The notes: a model not told the origin generated them from the sequence alone. A stretch of 51,841 nt of DNA from Candidatus Woesearchaeota archaeon (GCA_016187495.1 JACPJP010000007.1:1-51841), one strand, 5' to 3'. Positions 9,525 to 18,967 are shown, counted from the first letter of the stretch. Numbers and translations: made by a program.

Positions 9525-10967
9525 ATGAAATTAATTTTAATTGCATTTTTATTGACACTAATCCTTTCATTGAACGCAATTGCTATACAAAGATCAGATG
9601 TTCAAAAGGCGGCTAATTTTTACAGCGACTATATTGATTTTTTCAATAAGCCTCCAAAATATGCTATTATAAACGAATCTGCCATAGATATTTCTGCCGC
9701 ATATTTGCTCTTCATACAATATATTTCCGGAAAATCGAATTTCGATATAAAGCCAATTAAAGGCGAGAATCATAACTTTATAACAAACAACGAGTGCACA
9801 TTAAAAATAGAAGACATTAAAGAGGCATCCAAAAAATTATTGAGGTTCTTTGAAGAAAAAAATGAATTTCCGCTTGCCATAAAGATTAATGATTGCTATA
9901 TCTCCAATTCAGACTTTTTATATTTAGTGTCTGGAATTATTAGTGACGAATTTATGAATAATAAGTTTAATGAAGATTATGCCGTAAAGAGGCTTTATTT
10001 TGATAAAACAATTGATTGGGATTCTAGGATAGATGCTAAAAAAAGGTATATTGGGTTTACTATGGACTATGAGGCGGACAGGCCTGAAAACTCCGATTAT
10101 TACATTAATGCCGTGGATGTTGCTATTGAAAATGTTTCAACTATTGGTATAAATCCGTTATTATTTGATAGGCTATGTTATGGCAGTTTCTGCACATTGC
10201 CGGAAGACTATTGGATAAGGAACTACTCATCAGCTGAAATAGCTTGGACCACTGCAATTAAAGAAGATGGGAAAATAGTTTATCCATCCTGCTATCCTTA
10301 CTGCGGCGCAACAGAAGGCACATATATATTATTCAAGGAGTTTATTGACAGGTATGGCTTTCCAGTTGCTTGGCATATGACAGGAAACTCAATTATAGCG
10401 ATTGCTTCTAAGCCTAAACTCATAAGTAAGGTCTTAGAATACAAAAATAATGGCCTTATAGATTTAGGATTGCATACCATGTACCATACAAACATAAAAA
10501 AAGTCTCATATGATTTCAGAGAGAAAACCATAAGAGAAGGCTATGAAGTATTCAAATATGCTTTTAATGACGACCCAGTCCAGTTCAGGGCACCATATTT
10601 AGACCTGCCTGAAAATTATTTGCCGGATTATTATTTATTTGGCTACGGTTTACTGGCAGATAATGAAATGCCTGATGTCTACCCTGACTGCAATTTGGAC
10701 GCATCCTGCAATTATGAAATTTTCTCAAATTCAAGCATGTCTTTCGTAAGGCTGGATTGGCAGATTAACCGAGAAGACTCATTTTTAAATATATATTTGT
10801 CGCATCCTTGGGAGCTTTTGTATGAAACAGAAGGAAATCCTATATACTTAAAAGAGTCTGGCAATGCTAAGCTTAATGTATTTAAAAAATGGTTGCAACC
10901 TGTCGGAGAATTTGGCTTGGTTCCAACTACCCCGACTGAATTTTTAAGAGGTACGCCTTATGGATAA
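9525..10967 (+). CDS. secreted protein with a NodB/CE4-like polysaccharide deacetylase domain
   Basis: There is an N-terminal signal or anchor (MKLILIAFLLTLILSLNA). NodB-like motifs occur in the expected order: TMDYE(AD), HTMYH (HxxxH) and FRAPYL (RxPY). Confidence 0.45.
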   Translation: MKLILIAFLLTLILSLNAIAIQRSDVQKAANFYSDYIDFFNKPPKYAIINESAIDISAAYLLFIQYISGKSNFDIKPIKGENHNFITNNECTLKIEDIKEASKKLLRFFEEKNEFPLAIKINDCYISNSDFLYLVSGIISDEFMNNKFNEDYAVKRLYFDKTIDWDSRIDAKKRYIGFTMDYEADRPENSDYYINAVDVAIENVSTIGINPLLFDRLCYGSFCTLPEDYWIRNYSSAEIAWTTAIKEDGKIVYPSCYPYCGATEGTYILFKEFIDRYGFPVAWHMTGNSIIAIASKPKLISKVLEYKNNGLIDLGLHTMYHTNIKKVSYDFREKTIREGYEVFKYAFNDDPVQFRAPYLDLPENYLPDYYLFGYGLLADNEMPDVYPDCNLDASCNYEIFSNSSMSFVRLDWQINREDSFLNIYLSHPWELLYETEGNPIYLKESGNAKLNVFKKWLQPVGEFGLVPTTPTEFLRGTPYG

Positions 10968-11463
10968 AAACAGCAAAGTTATATTTTTAATTTTATTTTC
11001 AGTAATTTTGGCGAGTTCAATTTATTTTTTATTTAACAAGCCTTATGATAGGATAGATGTTATAGATAAAGACGAGTTTAGTTTTAGATTAGAAAGGTTT
11101 TTGCCAAGAGAAAATATTATTGGGCAAGCCTATGCATACTCAAAAAAGTCTGACATTGCAATTGATAAAATACCGAATAATATGACAATAAAGTGCAATA
11201 ATAGGGAAGGTTTTATCATCAGCATTGAAAACAAAGACAGCAATGTTGCCAGAAATATAGAGTTTTTAATAGAAAATGCAGAAAATTTGGTATTTGAGTA
11301 TCCGAAAGATTTTGTTGTGCCGCCGCTATCCACCAAAGAAATGACTTTGTTTATTGATGTAGATTGCTCAAACGCGCCAAGGCTTCTAAATCCAATATTT
11401 AAAGTCAAAGACGCCCAATTAGAGTTTAATTTCAGCATTTATGTTGAGAACAGGTCAGAATAA
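10960..11463 (+). CDS. hypothetical N-terminally anchored protein
   Basis: The ORF is 167 aa with a single N-terminal hydrophobic helix. It overlaps the upstream gene by 8 nt. I recognised no family. Confidence 0.4.
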   Translation: MDKNSKVIFLILFSVILASSIYFLFNKPYDRIDVIDKDEFSFRLERFLPRENIIGQAYAYSKKSDIAIDKIPNNMTIKCNNREGFIISIENKDSNVARNIEFLIENAENLVFEYPKDFVVPPLSTKEMTLFIDVDCSNAPRLLNPIFKVKDAQLEFNFSIYVENRSE

Positions 11464-11580
11464 TTCCTTTTAAGTTCTACCATTATTAACTAAAAACAAA
11501 ACATTTAAATATTGTTTCCACTATTATATTATAAAATCCATAAAATATTAATAAATAAATAAAATATATTTTATAATATA

Positions 11581-11721
11581 ATGAAAAAACCCATCAGCGC
11601 GACAATTGATGCAGAACTGATAAAGTGGATAGACAAAGAGCTGGAAGACAGGCAAAAGTACAGGAATAAGTCGCATTTGATTGAGATAGCCCTCGATATG
11701 CTAAAAAACCAGAAAAGATAG
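11581..11721 (+). CDS. ribbon-helix-helix (CopG/MetJ-like) small DNA-binding protein, 46 aa; absent from the ORF track
   Basis: MKKPISATIDAELIKWIDKELEDRQKYRNKSHLIEIALDMLKNQKR has a beta strand (ISATID) followed by two helices, with the typical (R/K)S(H/E)(L/V)IexAL motif. The 94-aa antisense ORF at 11571..11855 is probably spurious. Confidence 0.6.
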   Translation: MKKPISATIDAELIKWIDKELEDRQKYRNKSHLIEIALDMLKNQKR

Positions 11722-11906
11722 TAATTAATAGGCGAGTCCGAGCGATGTGGCAAGACAGCGAGGACTCGCACTAAAATTGCGAAGCATAACGATTTGTTCA
11801 ATAATAAAATTCCAATAAAAATTAGCAGTAAACAAAGAAAATAAATAAAAAACACATTAAAAAATAAACAATAAAAAAATAAATCAAAAAAAGAGGGAAA
11901 TAATTA

Positions 11907-14900
11907 ATGGCCTTATTCGACAAAACCAAAACACCCTTTTCATATGATGTCATAAGGGAAGGGGATGATGTAATTCTTTCAATCAACTTAGAGGATTACC
12001 CCCATACTCCTTCGATAGAAGATGATCCAATGGTTATGTCAAAAACATGCGACATGCTGATAGAGGTAAAAGACGCAACAAAGATAGTTTTTATACAAAA
12101 AAGAAATTATGAGTATGATTCTATTCAGACCGAGATGCTGAAGGAGATTTCAAGGTTATATAGCCAGCTGACAAGAAGAAAAGACGTGTTTGGCTACAAT
12201 ACGCTTCTGTCTGATACCAAGTGCTCAAGATGGATTAACGCTTGGTACGCGAATGTGCAGAATGTAATATCCAATTTGTTAAGGTCAGATCCAGTAGGGG
12301 CTTATGTAGAGCTTATAAGGATTGCAAGAGATGAAAGGATAAAAGCAGAAAAGTCTGTTGATAATCCATACATCAGCTGCTCAAGCAGGTATGCAGACGT
12401 TTTGGACTACATAATAAAGCTGCTCGAGAAAACAAAGGTTATTGCATTGGCAAAACCATACGTAGCGGGCCATAAAGTAGGAGACCGGGAAATATACAGG
12501 AAAAGTTTTGCTGCAATAATAAGGCCAGATTTTATGTTCACAAAAATCATGGCCACTTATCCTGCAGAAGGGGAAGAGGTAGACAGCTATACCGTTGGAA
12601 AGGACATTGAGGTTACGATATTCGAGCTTCCGGAAACTGTGCAATACTTATACCATATAATTCCCCCAGAATTCAAATTGAGCGAGGAAAAATATGAAAT
12701 ATTGGATACTGCCAGGAAGATAATGGCAGAGCACAAGCCCAGAAGAACGGAATTCATTGATCCTGAAAGAATGAGGCAGGTTTTCTATAATGTAGGCTCA
12801 GACCTTATTGACGAGCTTGCAGCCGAGAAAAATATCAGCATGACTTCCTCTGAAACAGAGCAGCTTGCAAATATTCTTGTGAGGTATACGGTAGGCTTTG
12901 GATTGATAGAAGTTTTGCTGCAGGATGAAAAAGTGCAGGACATAACAGTAAACAACCAGATAGGGGAAGTTCCCATGTTTATTGTGCACCAGGATTATGG
13001 TGACTGCAAAACAAACATAATTCCAACTACAACTGAAGCTGAATCATGGGCAACAAAATTCCGCCTTATTTCGGGAAGGCCATTGGATGAAGCAAATCCG
13101 ATACTGGATACGGAGCTTGAGCTGGCAACCGCACGCGCAAGAGTTGCAGCAGTAGGCCCTCCGCTGAATCCCTTGGGCCTGGCATACTCATTCAGAAGGC
13201 ATAGGGACATGCCATGGACTTTGCCGTTATTCATCAACAACCGCATGATAAATCCATTATCAGCCGGATTGATTAGCTTCTTGATAGATGGCAGCAGGAC
13301 AATACTTGTAGCAGGCACAAGGTCAGCAGGAAAGACATCGTTATTGGGGTCAATTCTTGTAGAATTAATGCGAAAGTACAGGGTACTAACGATTGAAGAT
13401 AGCGTTACGGGAGACTGTAGCCTCTGCATCAACAGAAATGGAAAGATAGAAAGAACAACTATTGCAGGTTTAGTTGATGGTATGTTTAATAGGTATGGAA
13501 GCTGGTATAGTTTAATAGAGCACGAAGTTACAGGAAATCCGGAAAATATCAAAGTCTTTGCTATGGACAAAGAAGGAAAGATAAAACTTGCAAATGTAAG
13601 CAAATTTATACGCCATAAAGTTAAGAAGCCAGTATACAGTATAAAAACAAGAACTGGCAGGGTTATAAAAGTTACAGGGGACCATTCTCTTTTTGGGCTA
13701 AGCAATGAAGCTAAAATAATAGAAGTTAAGGCAAATGAACTTAAAGCAGGCAGCCATATAGCTGTGCCTAGGTTTATAAGTCTGGATAACAAGCCAATAA
13801 AAAATTTAGAATTGCTTAATCAGATTGTCAGAATATCAAAAACTTATTTCCATGGAGCTTCAATTCAAAAAGCAATTTCAGAATACAAAAATGAAATTAA
13901 GAAGTTTGGAAAGGAGCTAGGATATGAAAAATCAGCAATCAGGAATTGGATTAAAAGGGGATTTTTGCCGCAGCCGGTGCTTTCTGCCTTAATCAACTTG
14001 GGGTTAAGAATAGGAAAGGATATATACTTTTCTTATAACAACAGCATAACAAAAATTCCCGCAAATATCGGGCTTGAAGAAGATTTCCTTACTTTTATTG
14101 GCCTTTGGATAGCTGATGGCTGTTACGATAAGAGTTCCGTAATAATATTCTGTAATGACTTGGAAGACAGAGGCATATTTGATAAAGTTGCGCAAAAATT
14201 CAATATCAAAAGAAAACTGCATTCTGATGGTGTCTCTTATATGCTGAATTCCAAGCCTCTTAAAATTATGATGAGGGAATGCCTCAACTTGCAAGGCGAC
14301 GCATACACAAAAAGAATTCCAGATTGGGTTTATAATCTTTCCAAAGAGCAGATATCTTTCGTCTTGAAGGGTATTTTCTCAGGAGATGGGTGCGCTTCAG
14401 ACAAGGAATTAGTTATACCGCTTGCTTCAATTAATCTTCTGAAGGATTTGCAGTTCTTGTTAGCTGCTTTCGGAATTAATCTCAGGATTGGAACGCTAAG
14501 AAAAGACGGGACTTATAATGCCAGCATCAGCACAATAAAAGATTTTGTTAAATTTAATGAAAGCATAGGGTTTTTACAAGAGTATAAAAGAGCAAAGCTG
14601 ACAAATCTATACGCAAAAATAAGCACGCATGATACGTCCGATATAATTCCTCTTCCCCTGGAAGCCAAAAAAGAGATAGAAAAAAATTATCGTGAGTTCA
14701 AATATGGGGATTATATTTTAAGGAGTAATGACATTGGAAGAACGAGGCTCTCGCAGATTGTTGAATTGATGCCTGACAGCGAATTAAAGAATAATTTAGC
14801 AAATCTTGCTAGCTCAGATATATTTTGGGATGAAGTTAAGTCAATAGAGATATCGCAAGACTTTGAGGACTATGTGTATGACATTTCTGTCCCAGAATGT

Positions 14901-15746
14901 GAAAGCTTTGTTTGCGAGAATATAATAGCGCACAACACATTAGAGCTTCCAACAGCATCGTTGAGAAAGCTAGGGTATAACATACAGCCTATGAAAGTAG
15001 CAGCAGCCTTGACAAAAGGAACATCAGAGGTGCCTGCAGATGAAGGGATTAGGACCACATTAAGGATGGGCGACTCTGCTTTGATTATAGGTGAAATAAG
15101 GAGCAGGGAAGCTCTTGCGTTATACGAAGCAATGAGAGTAGGAGCTTTAGCAAATGTCGTAGCAGGAACTATACATGGAGACAGCCCTTACGGGGTTTTT
15201 GACAGAGTTGTTAATGACTTACAGGTTCCAAGGACAAGCTTTAAGGCAACCGACATCATCATAGTTGCTAACCCAATAAGAAGCCCTGACGGCCTGCACA
15301 GATGGAGAAGAGTAACACAAATAACAGAAGTAAGAAAACACTGGGAAAATGACCCGTTGCTTGAAAACGGATTTGTAGACCTTATGAAGTATGACACAAG
15401 AACTGACCAGTTAGAGCCGACTGATGAGCTAATTAATGGCGATAGTGAAATCCTCAAGGGCATAGCAGGAAATGTAAAGGAATGGGCTGGCAGCTGGGAT
15501 GCAGTCTGGGACAACATAATGCTAAGGGCAAAAATGAAAGACACTCTTGTAGATGTAGCAAAAAAAGTAAATATGATGAACTTATTAGAAGCGGATTTTG
15601 TCGTGCGGGCAAATGACGAGTTCCATAGGATATCGGACAGAACGCTGGAAGACACAGGAACTCTAGACAGCAAAAAAATATTTTTTGACTGGAACGAATG
15701 GCTTAAAACCCAGATAAAAAAGATCAATATGAAAAGTACAATATAG
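11907..15746 (+). CDS. type II/IV secretion (GspE/VirB11/FlaI-ArlI family) ATPase carrying an intein; the host protein is 767 aa after splicing
   Basis: Motifs present are Walker A GTRSAGKTS, an Asp box RVLTIED|...|TLELP split by the intein, Walker B-like ALIIGEIRSREA, and a His box GTIHGDS. There is a long N-terminal domain. Confidence 0.9.
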   Translation: MALFDKTKTPFSYDVIREGDDVILSINLEDYPHTPSIEDDPMVMSKTCDMLIEVKDATKIVFIQKRNYEYDSIQTEMLKEISRLYSQLTRRKDVFGYNTLLSDTKCSRWINAWYANVQNVISNLLRSDPVGAYVELIRIARDERIKAEKSVDNPYISCSSRYADVLDYIIKLLEKTKVIALAKPYVAGHKVGDREIYRKSFAAIIRPDFMFTKIMATYPAEGEEVDSYTVGKDIEVTIFELPETVQYLYHIIPPEFKLSEEKYEILDTARKIMAEHKPRRTEFIDPERMRQVFYNVGSDLIDELAAEKNISMTSSETEQLANILVRYTVGFGLIEVLLQDEKVQDITVNNQIGEVPMFIVHQDYGDCKTNIIPTTTEAESWATKFRLISGRPLDEANPILDTELELATARARVAAVGPPLNPLGLAYSFRRHRDMPWTLPLFINNRMINPLSAGLISFLIDGSRTILVAGTRSAGKTSLLGSILVELMRKYRVLTIEDSVTGDCSLCINRNGKIERTTIAGLVDGMFNRYGSWYSLIEHEVTGNPENIKVFAMDKEGKIKLANVSKFIRHKVKKPVYSIKTRTGRVIKVTGDHSLFGLSNEAKIIEVKANELKAGSHIAVPRFISLDNKPIKNLELLNQIVRISKTYFHGASIQKAISEYKNEIKKFGKELGYEKSAIRNWIKRGFLPQPVLSALINLGLRIGKDIYFSYNNSITKIPANIGLEEDFLTFIGLWIADGCYDKSSVIIFCNDLEDRGIFDKVAQKFNIKRKLHSDGVSYMLNSKPLKIMMRECLNLQGDAYTKRIPDWVYNLSKEQISFVLKGIFSGDGCASDKELVIPLASINLLKDLQFLLAAFGINLRIGTLRKDGTYNASISTIKDFVKFNESIGFLQEYKRAKLTNLYAKISTHDTSDIIPLPLEAKKEIEKNYREFKYGDYILRSNDIGRTRLSQIVELMPDSELKNNLANLASSDIFWDEVKSIEISQDFEDYVYDISVPECESFVCENIIAHNTLELPTASLRKLGYNIQPMKVAAALTKGTSEVPADEGIRTTLRMGDSALIIGEIRSREALALYEAMRVGALANVVAGTIHGDSPYGVFDRVVNDLQVPRTSFKATDIIIVANPIRSPDGLHRWRRVTQITEVRKHWENDPLLENGFVDLMKYDTRTDQLEPTDELINGDSEILKGIAGNVKEWAGSWDAVWDNIMLRAKMKDTLVDVAKKVNMMNLLEADFVVRANDEFHRISDRTLEDTGTLDSKKIFFDWNEWLKTQIKKINMKSTI
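13401..14936 (+). mobile_element. 512-aa intein with a LAGLIDADG homing-endonuclease domain
   Basis: It starts at Ser (SVTGDCSLCI, block A). Block B is IKVTGDHSLF. The two LAGLIDADG motifs are FIGLWIADGCYD and VLKGIFSGDGCAS. It ends ...IIAHN followed by Thr+1. Removing it restores the conserved TIED-TLEL. Confidence 0.85.
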
Positions 15747-15950
15747 CTCGCAACCGAGTTTAAATTTTAGATTTATAATAAAATTTATTCACAAATGGAG
15801 GTTTAGTACAATAATAATAAAAATTGATAATAGGATTTTTTGCTTTAAAGAAGGCGATAGCAAAAAACATCCAAAGTAGTTGTGCACATAAGATAAAAAT
15901 AAAATTTATTGAATAAATCAAATTGAAAAAGAGGTGAAGATTAATTTCTC

Positions 15951-18110
15951 ATGCCAGATAGAATAAATAAGCAGAGGATGCAGGATTTAATAGAGGAGTA
16001 CAAGAAAGCAATAGAGAAAGAGCTAGGAACAAGAATAGAAAAGCAGAAGATTGTATCGAAAGAGTACCAGGAATTCAGGGAGGAATACATGCCGAGACAC
16101 CTTAATATGTATGAGAACCTTTGCAACCTAAGCGAAAAGCTCCTAAAAATAAATCCTGGCAAAAACAAATGGCATGAGATTACCGAAAGCGCGCAGATAG
16201 CGCATCTAAAAGTCACTCCTAGTGGGGTTATGTCCTTTTCAATCCTATTCTCCCTATCAGTTATATTATTTGGCTCCTTGTTTTCATTGCTTATTAACTC
16301 AACGTTTTTCCTGGTTTTTTTTCTCATTTTAGGACTATCGCTAATTGCAATTCTCATGAAGCTTCCTGATTTCTTGGCTAACAGCTGGCGCCTGAAAACA
16401 AGCAACCAGATGGTATTGTGCATATTCTATGTGGTAACATACATGAGGCACACGAGCAACCTGGAGAATGCAATAGAGTTTGCAGCTGACCATCTTGCCC
16501 CTCCGTTAAGCATTGACCTGAAGAAGGTGCTGTGGGACGTGGAAAATGAAAGGTACGGCACTGTAAAGGAAAGCCTTGACATTTACCTCGAAACGTGGAA
16601 GAAATGGAATTTTGAGTTCATAGAATCTTTTCATTTGATTGAAGGCTCATTGTACGAGGGGAGCGAAGAACACAGATTAAATTCATTGGATAAGTCCTTA
16701 GATGTTATCCTAAGCGAGACTTACGAAAAGATGCTCCATTACTCCCACAACCTGCAAAGCCCAATAACAATGCTGCATATGCTTGGGATAATATTACCTA
16801 TTTTAGGCCTTGTAATATTGCCGCTTATCGTAAGCTTCATGGAAGAGGTGAAATGGTACCAGATAGCATTATTATACAACATCGCTTTGCCAATATCGGT
16901 TTTTTACCTTGGAAAAAACATTTTGTCCAAAAGGCCTACGGGATATGGGCAAACAGATATATCGGAAGAGAACCCGGATCTTAAGAAATACAAGAATATT
17001 ATATGGGCTATAGGAAACAAAGAAATCCTCATTAATCCGATTTTCTTGAGCATTCTTGTGTTTGGCATGTTTTTCTTTTTAGGATTAAGTCCGATACTAA
17101 TGTTTAGCCTTGGCATTCCTGATGTCGGATTTGGTGATGCTGATTTAAGCAACTCGTGCGGAAAAAGATTTTGCCTGATTGGCTACAGGGAAAGCGCCTC
17201 AACAGGGGAGATTATAGGGCCTTATGGTCTAGGTTCCACTGTATTAAGCTTGTCTGTTACTCTGGCATTTGGACTGGGATTGGGGCTTTTTTTCATGTTG
17301 AGGTCCAAAAATATCATAAAGATCAGAAGGAAAGCTAACCAGCTGGAACTTGAATTCGCTTCTGCATTGTTCCAAATGGGCAATAGATTAGGGGATGGAT
17401 TGCCTGCAGAAATATCTTTTGAAAAAGTCGCAGATGTTATGCAGGGCACCGTCTCAGGATCTTTTTTCAGACTGGTAAGCACAAACATCAGGAGGCTTGG
17501 CGTAAGCGTCAAGGATGCTATTTTTGATCCAGTTTATGGCGCCTTGATAAGGTTTCCCTCCAACCTCATAGAAAGTTCAATGAAAGTCCTTGTGCAGTCG
17601 ATAAAGAAAGGTCCGAAGATAGCAGCCCAGGCAATAATTAACATCTCCAGGTACATAAAGGAGATCCACAGCGTAAATGAAAGGTTAAAGGACTTGATGG
17701 GTGATATAATATCTGATATGAACTCCCAGATAAAATTTCTGACTCCAGCAATTGCCGGAATAGTGGTAGGAATTACATCATTGGTGACAAGCATAATAGG
17801 CAAATTAGGCACACAGCTAAAGGCAATTACGGAGTCGGGGCCAAGTGCGCAAGCAGGATTGATAGGATTGTTTGGAGATGGGATTCCAACATATTATTTC
17901 CAGATAATAATCGGAATTTATGTGGTACAGATAACCTACATACTTACAGTCCTTGTAAACGGCATTGAAAATGGCTCTGACACCTTAAGTGAAAAGTATC
18001 AGCTCGGAATCAACCTAGTTAGAAGCACTATATTGTACTGCCTTATTGCTGGAACAGTTATTATAACATTTAATGTAATTGCTACGAATATACTGGTAGG
18101 CACATTTTAA
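15951..18110 (+). CDS. polytopic membrane protein, FlaJ/ArlJ/TadC-like (T2SS-F type) platform protein
   Basis: The protein is 719 aa with clustered TM helices separated by soluble helical domains. It lies immediately downstream of the secretion ATPase, which is the typical gene pair. The call rests on architecture and synteny, not on a strict motif. Confidence 0.6.
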   Translation: MPDRINKQRMQDLIEEYKKAIEKELGTRIEKQKIVSKEYQEFREEYMPRHLNMYENLCNLSEKLLKINPGKNKWHEITESAQIAHLKVTPSGVMSFSILFSLSVILFGSLFSLLINSTFFLVFFLILGLSLIAILMKLPDFLANSWRLKTSNQMVLCIFYVVTYMRHTSNLENAIEFAADHLAPPLSIDLKKVLWDVENERYGTVKESLDIYLETWKKWNFEFIESFHLIEGSLYEGSEEHRLNSLDKSLDVILSETYEKMLHYSHNLQSPITMLHMLGIILPILGLVILPLIVSFMEEVKWYQIALLYNIALPISVFYLGKNILSKRPTGYGQTDISEENPDLKKYKNIIWAIGNKEILINPIFLSILVFGMFFFLGLSPILMFSLGIPDVGFGDADLSNSCGKRFCLIGYRESASTGEIIGPYGLGSTVLSLSVTLAFGLGLGLFFMLRSKNIIKIRRKANQLELEFASALFQMGNRLGDGLPAEISFEKVADVMQGTVSGSFFRLVSTNIRRLGVSVKDAIFDPVYGALIRFPSNLIESSMKVLVQSIKKGPKIAAQAIINISRYIKEIHSVNERLKDLMGDIISDMNSQIKFLTPAIAGIVVGITSLVTSIIGKLGTQLKAITESGPSAQAGLIGLFGDGIPTYYFQIIIGIYVVQITYILTVLVNGIENGSDTLSEKYQLGINLVRSTILYCLIAGTVIITFNVIATNILVGTF

Positions 18111-18326
18111 TTAAAATCTAATTAAAAAACTAAAAATTAACAACCAGTCCCTTTTGCCTTAATATCTCTTTTATTATTTCCATCTTATCACCTCAATATT
18201 TTTTATTATCGGCTTAACATTATTCTTATTTAAATAATTTTATGCTAGAAATATTCTTATTGGAATAATAGAAAAATTTAAAGCAAGATTGTCTATTATA
18301 GGTTTAGGTATTGTAAAGAGAGTGAG

Positions 18327-18472
18327 TGGGACCGCTGGGATTTGAATTCCTGCGCCAAAAGTAAAAACATTTGGACGTCCCAGGACAACTACGTCTTCAG
18401 CGTATAGAGCCGCAAAAATGCGTGTGCTCTCCTTAGACGAAGATGTTCCTTCCCAGTCTGAGCTACGGTCCC
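18327..18472 (-). tRNA. tRNA-Phe (anticodon GAA) interrupted by three putative introns
   Basis: On the minus strand, the exons are 18472-18450, 18429-18424, 18404-18379 and 18346-18327. Joined, they give a 75-nt cloverleaf: GGGACCG UA GCUC AGACUGGGAA GAGC A CUACG CUGAAGA CGUAG UUGUC CUGGG UUCAAAU CCCAG CGGUCCC A. All stems are fully Watson-Crick. No CCA is encoded. Confidence 0.6.
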
Positions 18473-18517
18473 TTAAGATTTTCAGAATTAATATACAATT
18501 TAAATTACTTTCGCTTA

Positions 18518-18967
18518 CTAGTCTTCAACGTCCTCGACATCAACTTCTTCTTCTAGACTTTCTTCACTACCTTCCAGCTTTTCCTCAATATCTTCCAGGT
18601 TTTTTTCAGATTCTTCGTATATTCTCTTGTCTTCTTCCTCATCAGGCCCTTTAGTCATTTCTTCATTAGTTTCTTGGCTTTCGCCAACAACCTCTAATTT
18701 GCCCATCTTGCCCGTAGTAAGCTGCTTTTCTCCCTGCCATTCAGAAACATAGCCGTTGGTAATATGAACTTTATCACCAGCCTTAACCTGATCAATTTGG
18801 TCATTCCACAAAGTAAGCTTTATATCGCCAGTTTCGTCCTTTGCAACAGCAGTAGCAACCCTTCCCGATTTTCCAAACTTCTCAAATTCCCTTGGCTCTC
18901 CAACATCGATTATATCAACAACCAGCTCAACATTGCCCTGCCTTGCCTTTAAATCCTTGATTGCCAT
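18518..18967 (-). CDS. ssb: single-OB-fold ssDNA-binding protein with an acidic C-terminal tail
   Basis: The N-terminal roughly 100 aa has an OB-fold pattern (VELVVDIIDVGEPREF...GRVATAVAKDETGDIKLTLWNDQ...GDKVHITNGYV). It is followed by an E/D-rich tail ending EEEVDVEDVED. Confidence 0.75.
   Translation of the reverse strand: MAIKDLKARQGNVELVVDIIDVGEPREFEKFGKSGRVATAVAKDETGDIKLTLWNDQIDQVKAGDKVHITNGYVSEWQGEKQLTTGKMGKLEVVGESQETNEEMTKGPDEEEDKRIYEESEKNLEDIEEKLEGSEESLEEEVDVEDVED

Noticed and set aside
11571-11855. A 94-aa minus-strand ORF listed in the track.
   Set aside because: The plus strand here encodes a convincing RHH protein, and the remainder is promoter-like A/T sequence. The minus-strand ORF is Phe/Leu/Ile-rich and is probably spurious.
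12995-13792. A 265-aa minus-strand ORF, the longest antisense ORF in the window.
   Set aside because: It lies entirely antisense to the well-supported ATPase/intein gene and has a low-complexity Leu/Ser/Phe-rich composition typical of antisense frames in AT-rich DNA. The same reasoning applies to 27033..27644, 41619..42239, 15188..15727, 15941..16423, 34003..34431 and the other short antisense or out-of-frame ORFs in the track.
18418-18654. A 78-aa plus-strand ORF.
   Set aside because: It overlaps the tRNA-Phe locus and the 3' end of ssb on the opposite strand, and it shows no protein-like features.
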